A stretch of DNA of 64,000 nucleotides from Deltaproteobacteria bacterium (lineage in GTDB: Bacteria; Myxococcota_A; UBA9160; UBA4427), in assembly GCA_002691205.1 (NCBI GenBank), contig NZHD01000020.1:1615-65614 (forward strand), given 5' to 3'. Positions 10,053-18,672 of the stretch are shown here, in pieces. The position numbers and the translations under genes are program-made. Position 1 is the stretch's first letter, and every line of letters begins with the position of its first letter. Under the pieces are notes generated by a model. It saw only the letters and a list, made by a program, of their open reading frames with translations, searched no databases and had not been told where the DNA came from.

Positions 10053-11234
10053 TCAATCGAGAACTTCGAAGGTCAGTCCCGCACGTTCAACGAGCGTAGG
10101 AATCAGCGCCGAGCCGAACGCAGCCGCAGGGGTCCAGACCCCCCCACCCAATTCGGGAGTCGCCTCGATCAGTTGAATGGACGCCTCGGCGATGATCTTT
10201 GACGTGGACCCGTAGCCGGGATCCTTGTCACCGCTCACGCGGACACGAATCGTCTCACCGTTCGCATGAGTTCCAAAGAACATCACCCCGTACCCGCCAG
10301 CTTCGCGCTCCTCTTTTGACGGACCCTCGCCAGGCTTCGGCGCTTCAGACCCTCCGCCCCCGAGCATCGCCTGAGAGATGGCGGCCATTCCACGGGCAGC
10401 CTGCTCCCCCGCTTCGCCGGTGCCCGTGAGGAACATCTCATCGTAAATGAAGTCCTCACCGTAAGGATGACCGAGAAGCGCGTTGGATCGGTGAACGTTC
10501 TTTGTGTTGATTGGGGCCATGAAAAACGGCGCCACCCAGCCCCCCGCGACCAAATCCTCTTCAATGTCCTGTCCAGAAGGCTGGTCGACTCCGGTGAACC
10601 CGTTGGAGAGACAGAACGGATTCATTAAGGCCTGCAATAAGCTCGGATCCTTCGCCACCGCCTCCGCGGTCGCCTGCCCGCTCGCGGCTGTTCCGCCTGA
10701 GAGAGTCCCGCGCATATCAATCACCCGCCCACGAACACGAGAGCAAGCACTGCCAAATCGGCGCTTCGCCTCTTCCTGAAGGAAGAGGACACCGAGGTCG
10801 AAGGGGATCGAATCAAAACCCGCGGAATGCACAATGCGTGCGCCGGTTTCTGCAGCACGCTCGCTAAAACGTTCGATGGTCTCCCGCATCCACAGCACCT
10901 CACCGGATAGATCGAGGTAGTCGGTGCCCATCTCGACGCACGCTTCCACAAGCGGCGTTCCATAAAGAGTGTAGGGTCCCACGGTCGTCACAACGCATTG
11001 CGTTTGCTCGACCATGGCCACGAGACTTGCTGGCTCGCTCGTGTCAGCCACCACAAGAGGCGTATCCTTGGGCGCGCCGATTTCGTCACGCACCTCTTCA
11101 AGCTTCTCCAGGCTCCGCCCGGCCATAGCCCAGCGCGGCGCGCCCTCACGACGCACAAGATATTCGGCCACCAAGCGGCCAGTGAAACCGGTGGAACCAA
11201 AAACGATCAGATCAAACGGGCGAGACGAGGCCAT
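10053..11234 (-). CDS. Saccharopine dehydrogenase-like NADP-binding oxidoreductase
   Basis: GSTGFTG, AGRS, VGPYTLYG, YLDLSGE, GFDSIPFD and DPGYGSTSK motifs. Confidence 0.88.
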   Translation of the reverse strand: MASSRPFDLIVFGSTGFTGRLVAEYLVRREGAPRWAMAGRSLEKLEEVRDEIGAPKDTPLVVADTSEPASLVAMVEQTQCVVTTVGPYTLYGTPLVEACVEMGTDYLDLSGEVLWMRETIERFSERAAETGARIVHSAGFDSIPFDLGVLFLQEEAKRRFGSACSRVRGRVIDMRGTLSGGTAASGQATAEAVAKDPSLLQALMNPFCLSNGFTGVDQPSGQDIEEDLVAGGWVAPFFMAPINTKNVHRSNALLGHPYGEDFIYDEMFLTGTGEAGEQAARGMAAISQAMLGGGGSEAPKPGEGPSKEEREAGGYGVMFFGTHANGETIRVRVSGDKDPGYGSTSKIIAEASIQLIEATPELGGGVWTPAAAFGSALIPTLVERAGLTFEVLD

Positions 11235-11456
11235 AACTTGTTGCTTCTCCTTTTTCGTAGGGGCGACGATTTCAAAGAGCAGAATCTAACCCACAATCCA
11301 ACCCCAAGAGACCCATCAACCGTCTAAACTCACTCTGTATGGTCAGTATGAAGGCTCGGCATCCGAAACTCTTACGTGCTAGAGAAGGGATTATCAGTCA
11401 ACCTCTCTGTGATCTGGGATCCAGGGCCAAAAGGCCCTTCGGAGGTGAGAACGGGC

Positions 11457-12839
11457 ATGCGAGCATCAGAGCAAGAAACTGCGGTCAAACAATGGGTGGC
11501 CGAACACATGAACGCCGACATCCTTCGCATCGAACGGCAAGCCCGTTGGAGGCCTGTCTGGTATGTCGATGCGGCTCAATCTGAAAAAAAGTGGCGACTC
11601 TGTGTCAGGGGAGACCGGGTTGACGCACGGATTGGTTTCACACTGGAACACGAAATGCAGCTTCAGCAGCTCCTCCACCAGCATGGGCTTCCCGTCCCCC
11701 AGGTCCATGGCTTCATCGATTCGCCTCGAGCCTACGTGATGGATCGCGTTGAGGGTCAGGAACGCTTCGAAGACACCACACCTCAAGCCGAACGCGACGT
11801 CGTTTTGGACAGCTATATAAAAAGCCTGGCGCAGATCCATAGCCTCGACGTCGAGCCCTTTGCACGCGCAGGCATCCTCAGAGCGGACAAGCCCTCTCAC
11901 TCTGGACGCGTAGGCATGCAGGTCTATGAGCAAGCCTATCGAGCCAGCAAAAAGAGGCCTGATCCTTTTCTGGAATTTGCCCTGGGTTGGTTGAAACGCA
12001 ATCCACTGCAAAACCGGAGTCAAGAGAGTGTCGTACTCTGGGATACAGGGCAGTTCCTTCATTCAGCCGGTGAAGTCACCGCCATCATTGACCTGGAAAT
12101 TGGCCACATCGGCGACCCCATGATGGATCTTGCTGGATTCCGCATGCGCGCGCGCGAAATCGGATTTTCTGATTTTGACCGTCTTTACACGGTGTACTCA
12201 AAGAACGGGGGGCAAGCTGTAGACCGAGAAGCCATACAGCACTACTACTTCGCCTTTGCACTCTGTAACCAGCTGGCTTTTCACTCCGCACTCGCGGCCC
12301 CGCCGCCGGGTTCCGACTATATGATGAACCTCCGCTGGTGCATCGAAACTAACCTCTACGCCATCGAAGCCCTTGCTGATATTTTAAGCCTTGAGCTGGA
12401 GCCAGTGCCGCCCCTCACTGCACAAACCTCATCTACAGATATCGCCCACACCCACCTCGTCGAATGGCTCCGAAATTTTGAGCCCCATGACCCCGGTGAG
12501 GCGCACACCGTCCGAAGTGGCTTCAGGCTCGCTCGGCATCTCCAGCGAGCCAGCCAAGTGGGGATACAGGCCGAGGCGGCCGACCGTCAAGACTTGACCT
12601 CTTTACTCGGCCAGACGCCGGTCAACCCTCAAGAGGCGGACGCTGAATTAGAAGCCTTTGTCATCCGTGACGGGGGCACGCACGACCTCGCTCTGATTAA
12701 GCTGTTCCACAGGCGACTCGTGCGAGCGCTCTCAACACTCGGGCCTGAGGGATCGGCCATCGCACGACATTATCCTGTCGAGGGCCTAGAGATGGCCGAG
12801 CCCGGCCAGCTGTCGTCGAAAAGGTCCCCCAGCCTGTAA
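11457..12839 (+). CDS. Aminoglycoside phosphotransferase (APH)-family protein
   Basis: LPVPQVHG, YVMDRVEG and IIDLEIGHIGDPMMDLA motifs; RBS GGAGGTG before ATG 11457. Confidence 0.75.
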   Translation: MRASEQETAVKQWVAEHMNADILRIERQARWRPVWYVDAAQSEKKWRLCVRGDRVDARIGFTLEHEMQLQQLLHQHGLPVPQVHGFIDSPRAYVMDRVEGQERFEDTTPQAERDVVLDSYIKSLAQIHSLDVEPFARAGILRADKPSHSGRVGMQVYEQAYRASKKRPDPFLEFALGWLKRNPLQNRSQESVVLWDTGQFLHSAGEVTAIIDLEIGHIGDPMMDLAGFRMRAREIGFSDFDRLYTVYSKNGGQAVDREAIQHYYFAFALCNQLAFHSALAAPPPGSDYMMNLRWCIETNLYAIEALADILSLELEPVPPLTAQTSSTDIAHTHLVEWLRNFEPHDPGEAHTVRSGFRLARHLQRASQVGIQAEAADRQDLTSLLGQTPVNPQEADAELEAFVIRDGGTHDLALIKLFHRRLVRALSTLGPEGSAIARHYPVEGLEMAEPGQLSSKRSPSL

Positions 12840-12992
12840 GATTTCACTCTTCCTCGCAAACATTCCGTGAGCCGGCCTACGTCAAAAACAAAATCCACGA
12901 GAAAACCCTTCAAGAGCACCCGCCGCAAGGGAAGGCTAGCGTCCCTGAGCGGCCCAACGAAGGTCTGAATTTTGTACACAAGGGAGAGACAC

Positions 12993-13820
12993 ATGAGCAG
13001 TGATCCATGGAGCTATGACGGGAAAAAAGTGGTCATCACCGGCTGCTTTTCCGGCATGGGAGAAGCGGCTGCCCGCGAACTCGTTCGGCTGGGAGCCGAG
13101 GTACACGGGGTGGACATCAAGGAGTCCCCGGTGGAAATGGCGTCTTTCCAGAAGGTGGATCTCCGCGAAACCGCGCAAATCGATGTGGCCCTGGGTGAGA
13201 TCGGAGGCGATATCGATGCCTCCTTTTACTGCGCGGGCTTGCCCGGCACATTCCCTCCCCTTGAAGTCATGCAGGTCAACTTTGTCAACATGCGGCACTG
13301 GACCTACGAAGTGGCCCAACGCATGCCTCAAGGTGGAGCCCTTGCAGTCATCGCATCTACCGCCGGACACGGTTGGGCCGAACGAAGAGACGCCATTGAG
13401 GATTTAATGACCACCCCCGATGCCGCTTCTGGCTTTGCGTGGTGCGAAGAAAACCTCGATACCGTGGCTGACGGATATCTGTTCTCGAAAATGTGCACCC
13501 AATATTTCACCATGCGGACCGCAGCCGAACTCATCCAAAAAGGAATTCGCATTAATTGCGTCAACCCGGCCCCTACCGAATCTCCCATGATGAAAGACTT
13601 TGAAGCCACCGCGCCGCCCGCCCTGATCAACGCCTGGGCCCAGCCCATTGGACGCCGGGCACAACCGATTGAAATGGCCCTGCCTCTCATCTTTCTCAAC
13701 AGCGATGCCGCTGGCTTTATCAGCGGGCACAATCTGCACGTCGACGGGGGGTGGGCCGGAAGCATCGACTCAGGATCACTCAACCAGAACGAACTGATCC
13801 AGAAAGCGTTAGAGGGCTGA
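12993..13820 (+). CDS. SDR oxidoreductase (coniferyl-alcohol / 3-alpha-hydroxysteroid dehydrogenase-like)
   Basis: VVITGCFSGMG, YLFSK (YxxxK), GIRINCVNP and LHVDGG. Confidence 0.88.
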   Translation: MSSDPWSYDGKKVVITGCFSGMGEAAARELVRLGAEVHGVDIKESPVEMASFQKVDLRETAQIDVALGEIGGDIDASFYCAGLPGTFPPLEVMQVNFVNMRHWTYEVAQRMPQGGALAVIASTAGHGWAERRDAIEDLMTTPDAASGFAWCEENLDTVADGYLFSKMCTQYFTMRTAAELIQKGIRINCVNPAPTESPMMKDFEATAPPALINAWAQPIGRRAQPIEMALPLIFLNSDAAGFISGHNLHVDGGWAGSIDSGSLNQNELIQKALEG

Positions 13821-14048
13821 ATCACTCGACCTCTCAGACCATCCCGGCCCAGGCACTTGGACTCCCCGCCCGGAAGGCCAAACTGCGCTCCGGCAGCGCC
13901 AGACTCAGCCCAAAACAGCCGAGGGAGGGACACCGAGCCCTAAAGCCCCTTCTGAGCGTCCCCTCGCGGGGTTTAAACAGCTTTCAAAAAGTGCATACAG
14001 CGTGTTATGGTGGAAACGCGGTCTAACACCTTCATTAAGCTAGTTTTC

Positions 14049-17000
14049 ATGACCAGAGATCAAGCCCCCCCAGTAAACGCAAAAGATACACTCGCAAAGC
14101 GTTTTTCCGAGATGGTCTCGTCCAATCGAGATGCGCCCGCTGTTGAATCGGGCGACTTTAGCTTGAGCTATGCCGAGCTTGAGGAAGCCGCTGCTCCATG
14201 GGCTGCCGAGATCGGCGCTCGGGGCGGCCTGGCACCGATTATCATCGCCTGCCACCGTCAGGAGCAAGCCGTCGTTGGAATGGTCGCGTGCATGATGGCG
14301 GGTCGTGTCTGGACGATCCTTGACCCCAAGACCCCCACGGTTTTACGTGAGCAGGTTCTTCGCGACCTTCCGGACAGCCTCGTCTTGACTGAACCCGACC
14401 CAGGCCAGGTTTTCGATTTACCCGCAGAACGTCACCTTGTTCTTCCCCACGCGATCCCCTCAAGTCAACACACTTTCGAACCTGGGATGGCCAGCAGCAC
14501 CGACCCGATCTGCATTCTCTATACCTCGGGTTCTACGGGCGTCGCCCGGGGCGTACTGCACTCCCATTCAAGCCTTTTAGAAGTTGTGGCCAAGTCCACC
14601 AACCATTTTGATCTCGGTCCTGATGACCGCATCGCAATGCTTTCACCCTTAGGACATGTCGTCGGCACAGTGGCGGTGCTGCTCGCATTGATGAACGGCG
14701 GAAGACTCTCGATTTATGAAGTCAAAACCAAGGGCCTGGCTGGTTTACCCAATTGGCTAAGCGACCGGAAGATTACCTACTTTCATACCATCACCACTAT
14801 TTTTCGACGCCTGGCAGCCGCAGTGGAAGACCCAAAGACATTGAGTGCGCTGAAGGTTGTGGCCGTAGGAGGTGAGGCCGTCACTGCCCGTGATTATGAG
14901 TTGTTCCAAAAAACATTTCCGGCCAAGACCCAACTCAGAAATTCATACGGGGCCACCGAGTCCATCGATAGTTTTCAATATGTCGTGGGCAAAGGCGAGC
15001 CTATGCTGGGAATGAGCCTGCCGATTGGTTATCCGTGTAGCGATGAAGATCTCTTTAAGTTGATGACTGAAGACGGTGAAGAAACCGATTCGGTCTCCGG
15101 CGAACTCTGGGTAAGCAGCCCCTGTCTCGCACTAGGCTACTGGATGCGTCCCGAAGACACAGCAACGCGGTTCCCCGTGGATCACGAAGGAAGACGCTGG
15201 TTTCGCAGCGGAGATCTATGTCGCATGGATGATGCGGGGCGCATGCATTGTCTCGGTCGGGGTGAAGGCGTCGTTCAGTTGCGCGGTGTGGATGTTGATC
15301 TAAATCGAATCGAACAGGAAATGCGACAACTCCAGGGCGTGAGCGAAGTGGTTGTAAATGCCACCGATAACGATGATGGAGATACCGAACTCTTCGCCTT
15401 CTACTGCGAGGACGGAGAATCAGACCCACAGCAAATGCGAAACGATCTAGGCAAGCGGCTGCCCGAATACATGGTCCCCCATCAGTTCATCCTGATGGAT
15501 CGCCTTCCCTTGACGAGCAGTGGCAAGGTTGACCGTCGCCGCTTGCGATCTGCGAACCAACAACAAAGCCTTGAACATATTTTGGCATGGCGGGAGAAGG
15601 AATTAGACACGACGACCCGGCGACAACCTCGGGAACTCATTGTGGTCACCGAGTCACGTCAAGATGCCGAGCCACTGCTCAAGCAGTGTCAAGAGCTGGA
15701 GATCCGCGGCCACGCATACACACCGGGTGATTCAGCCGACAGCCTCCCCTCTTTTGACAGCATTCTTGTCCCTGTCCACGCCGGGTTTTCCATAGAACAA
15801 GGGGCAGCCGGGGCGGCCGAAGAGCTACAGAAGCTGCTCAGTGCGCTGAAGGAACTGCTCGCAAGAGGGGGGGAAGCCGGGGCTCGCCTAATGTTCATCA
15901 CGTGTCAAGCCAGCCATCAGCCCGGACAGAGTGAACAGAACTTAAATCCCTTCCAGACGATGCTCTGGGGAGTCGCGCGTGGATTACGCCGCGAATTCCC
16001 AGGCCTAGACTGTCGCATCCTTGACATGGAAACCAGTGATGATCTGCCCGCCGTTCTGCCCGAATTTATGGTTCCCGAGAATTCCGATGACCACGTCATG
16101 CTACGAAGCGGGCAACGCTTTGTCGCGCGCATACTTGAGCAAAGCACATCTGATGATCGCCTCGTCCTTAAAAAGGAGGCCAGCTATCTAATTACCGGGG
16201 GCCTAGGCGGACTGGGACTGAGCGTGGCTGAGGCCTTTGCCAAATCCGGCGCAGGGCGGTTATACCTCCTCGGCCGAAGCGCAGCTAATCCTGAAGCCAG
16301 TCGTCGAATACAAGAGATTGAGCGTTCCGGCACAAAAGTAGAGATCTGCTGCGCGGACATCAGTGACCCCGCTTTAATCACCTCGCTTCTGGCTCAAATG
16401 GAGAACCTAAAAGGCATCGTCCACCTGGCCGGTGTCACGCACTTTGAACTTTTTGAGAAGCAGGACCCTACGGATTTCAGAGCTGTTCTCGCCCCCAAGC
16501 TAGACGGTGCCTGGAACCTGCACCAAGCCAGCCTACAACTAGATGACCACCTGGATTTTTTTGTAATGAGTTCGTCCATCACCGCCCTATTGGGAATGAC
16601 GGGGCATGTGGACTATGCCGCAGCGAACGCTTTTCTTGATGGCCTCGCAGATTTTCGCTGCGCATCAGGATTGCCAGGGGCCAGCATTGACTTCGGCACA
16701 CTCGACGGAGGCATGGTGGACAACGAAGCCCTGCGCCTCTGGCTACAACGCGAAGGACTTTTGGCGATTTCTATGGATGAGGCGGTAGACAGCATCTTGA
16801 GCACACAACCCATGAGTGGAGGTTGGAATGTTCGTGCCAGGATGAACTGGTCCGCCGTGTTAGCGATGCAAAGCCCTGGAAACTTACCGTTCTTTTCTGA
16901 ATTAGCTGACGTGCAAAAGCAAAAGAGCAAAGGAGACGCTTCCCCTGGAAAAAGCCTCGAGGCCGTCAGCCTTTCTGAATTGATGGCGGCGATCCTCGAG

Positions 17001-17930
17001 ATCTGGGCCACGGTTCTGTCCTTGGATACAGTCGATGAAGACGCTGATTTTTTCGAACTGGGTGGACATTCTCTAGCGTTACTCGACGTCCACTCGCGCT
17101 TGTGCAACCAGTATTCCTTGAACACGCCCGTAAGCGACTTTTTTGTTCACACGACTGCGCGCACCCTGGCCGAAGCATTAATGCACGGAAAGAGTCAAAA
17201 ACGCCACAATGCTCTCATTTTGCTGCAGAAGAGCGAAGCCACAAAGCCATTGATCATGATTAATTCCACAGCCACCGCATCGAACCTCGCTGCAAAATTG
17301 CCAAAACGCTCCGTTTTCAGCGCCAATATGTTTCGCCTGACCGCAGATATCCCCACGGAGCAGTTGCAAGAGGATCACATTTGGAGATTCGCCAACTACA
17401 TGGCCGAGGACATTGATGATCTGACCAAAAAAGAAGGCTGCCATCTTCTTGGTTTTTGCCAGGACAGCCTCCTCACTGTAGAACTGGGACGCGCGCTTTT
17501 AGAGCGCTCGGTGCCGATCCATAGCCTGACTCTAATCGATGCGGTCTTCGGAGCAGATCAAGCATTGAATCTAAAAATGCGACTTCGAGCCCTACGCGAG
17601 ATAGGCCCTAGTTACCTTGGCGATAAATTCAAACGAATCCTCAAGAGCAGTCCGAACGAGAATAAGGAGAAAGAGGAAATCAGCTTTAACGAATCGTTTT
17701 ACCGCGGCTATGTCAAACATGCCTTCTCTCGTATCCCCGAGGTTTTTGAGGGAGAGATTCATCTAATTGTCTCAAGTGAATGGCGCCTAAAAGACATCTC
17801 TGGCGTCGAAGCAGCAGCAAATCGCGTCACCGTTCATCCCATCCGAAGCAGCCATGGCGATATCTTTAGAGAGCCTCACCTCAGCGATTTAGCCTCTTAC
17901 ATGAACGCAATCACCGAAGATTCACTCTGA
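14049..17930 (+). CDS. Stand-alone NRPS-like synthetase with domains A-KR-T(PCP)-TE
   Basis: A: YTSGSTG, NSYGATE, RSGD, GKVD. KR: ITGGLGGLG, HLAGV, YAAAN. T: FFELGGHS. C-terminal alpha/beta-hydrolase-like region: LLGFCQD, SHGDIFREP. No C or KS domain. Confidence 0.85.
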   Translation: MTRDQAPPVNAKDTLAKRFSEMVSSNRDAPAVESGDFSLSYAELEEAAAPWAAEIGARGGLAPIIIACHRQEQAVVGMVACMMAGRVWTILDPKTPTVLREQVLRDLPDSLVLTEPDPGQVFDLPAERHLVLPHAIPSSQHTFEPGMASSTDPICILYTSGSTGVARGVLHSHSSLLEVVAKSTNHFDLGPDDRIAMLSPLGHVVGTVAVLLALMNGGRLSIYEVKTKGLAGLPNWLSDRKITYFHTITTIFRRLAAAVEDPKTLSALKVVAVGGEAVTARDYELFQKTFPAKTQLRNSYGATESIDSFQYVVGKGEPMLGMSLPIGYPCSDEDLFKLMTEDGEETDSVSGELWVSSPCLALGYWMRPEDTATRFPVDHEGRRWFRSGDLCRMDDAGRMHCLGRGEGVVQLRGVDVDLNRIEQEMRQLQGVSEVVVNATDNDDGDTELFAFYCEDGESDPQQMRNDLGKRLPEYMVPHQFILMDRLPLTSSGKVDRRRLRSANQQQSLEHILAWREKELDTTTRRQPRELIVVTESRQDAEPLLKQCQELEIRGHAYTPGDSADSLPSFDSILVPVHAGFSIEQGAAGAAEELQKLLSALKELLARGGEAGARLMFITCQASHQPGQSEQNLNPFQTMLWGVARGLRREFPGLDCRILDMETSDDLPAVLPEFMVPENSDDHVMLRSGQRFVARILEQSTSDDRLVLKKEASYLITGGLGGLGLSVAEAFAKSGAGRLYLLGRSAANPEASRRIQEIERSGTKVEICCADISDPALITSLLAQMENLKGIVHLAGVTHFELFEKQDPTDFRAVLAPKLDGAWNLHQASLQLDDHLDFFVMSSSITALLGMTGHVDYAAANAFLDGLADFRCASGLPGASIDFGTLDGGMVDNEALRLWLQREGLLAISMDEAVDSILSTQPMSGGWNVRARMNWSAVLAMQSPGNLPFFSELADVQKQKSKGDASPGKSLEAVSLSELMAAILEIWATVLSLDTVDEDADFFELGGHSLALLDVHSRLCNQYSLNTPVSDFFVHTTARTLAEALMHGKSQKRHNALILLQKSEATKPLIMINSTATASNLAAKLPKRSVFSANMFRLTADIPTEQLQEDHIWRFANYMAEDIDDLTKKEGCHLLGFCQDSLLTVELGRALLERSVPIHSLTLIDAVFGADQALNLKMRLRALREIGPSYLGDKFKRILKSSPNENKEKEEISFNESFYRGYVKHAFSRIPEVFEGEIHLIVSSEWRLKDISGVEAAANRVTVHPIRSSHGDIFREPHLSDLASYMNAITEDSL

Positions 17931-17933
17931 CTC

Positions 17934-18641
17934 ATGCTTCCTCCTGAACTCAGGCGCGATGAAAAAAACAGCATGCGTGCTTCACCCCAATTTTGGCAGG
18001 GGCTTTGGCGTCGCTGGCGCGGAAAAGCTCCACAGGAAAAAATCTTCATCATTGGTTTCCACAAGACAGGCACGTCGAGCTACGGCCGCGCCTTGCAACG
18101 TTTGGGCTGTCGCGTTGCCAGTCGGTTGAGGGAAGGGCAAGACTATCAACCCGCCGAAGATGGTGCCTTGCCGACTTTTTTGGCCCAACGAGCAGAGTCT
18201 GTGCTGGAAGAATTTGACGCCTTTCAAGACACGCCTTGGTTTCTTATGTACGAAGAGATTTTCGAGCGCTACCCCGATTCAAGGTTCATACTCACCCTAC
18301 GCGATGAGAAGGCGTGGCTCAAAAGCGTTCAGCGACACTTCGCAAAAAAGTTTTTCCCCTACCATGAGGCGATCTACGGCTCATTAGATAGTTTTGAGAA
18401 CGCAGAGAGCTACCTGCGCTGCTATCGCGCACACAACGAGGCCGTGCGCACTTTCTTTAAAGGGCGCGGCCACCTTCTGGAAGTTGATCTAAAAGAGAGC
18501 GACTGGAAAACTTTGGCGAATTTTCTCAAAGTCCCCTGCCCGTCCGGCGACTTTCCCCACGCCAATCAAGGAGACGATCGAGGACTCTGGGTCAGTAAAC
18601 TACGTGATCAGTTAAAGCAACTCTATTACGGTCGTGGCTAA
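17934..18641 (+). CDS. PAPS-dependent sulfotransferase family protein
   Basis: IFIIGFHKTGTSS 5'-PSB loop, YPDSRFILTLRD...WLKS, FPHAN. Confidence 0.85.
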   Translation: MLPPELRRDEKNSMRASPQFWQGLWRRWRGKAPQEKIFIIGFHKTGTSSYGRALQRLGCRVASRLREGQDYQPAEDGALPTFLAQRAESVLEEFDAFQDTPWFLMYEEIFERYPDSRFILTLRDEKAWLKSVQRHFAKKFFPYHEAIYGSLDSFENAESYLRCYRAHNEAVRTFFKGRGHLLEVDLKESDWKTLANFLKVPCPSGDFPHANQGDDRGLWVSKLRDQLKQLYYGRG

Positions 18642-18672
18642 ACCCAAGCTGCTCAACCCACAAAGCAGAGAT

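Noticed and set aside
17925-17960. The synthetase TGA is in frame with the sulfotransferase (TGA-CTC-ATG), suggesting read-through to an A-KR-T-TE-ST fusion
   Set aside because: In-frame adjacency has a 1-in-3 chance, there is no redox motif, and the small downstream hairpin (CCTG-AACT-CAGG) lacks the SECIS loop G. An ancestral fusion cannot be excluded without homologues.
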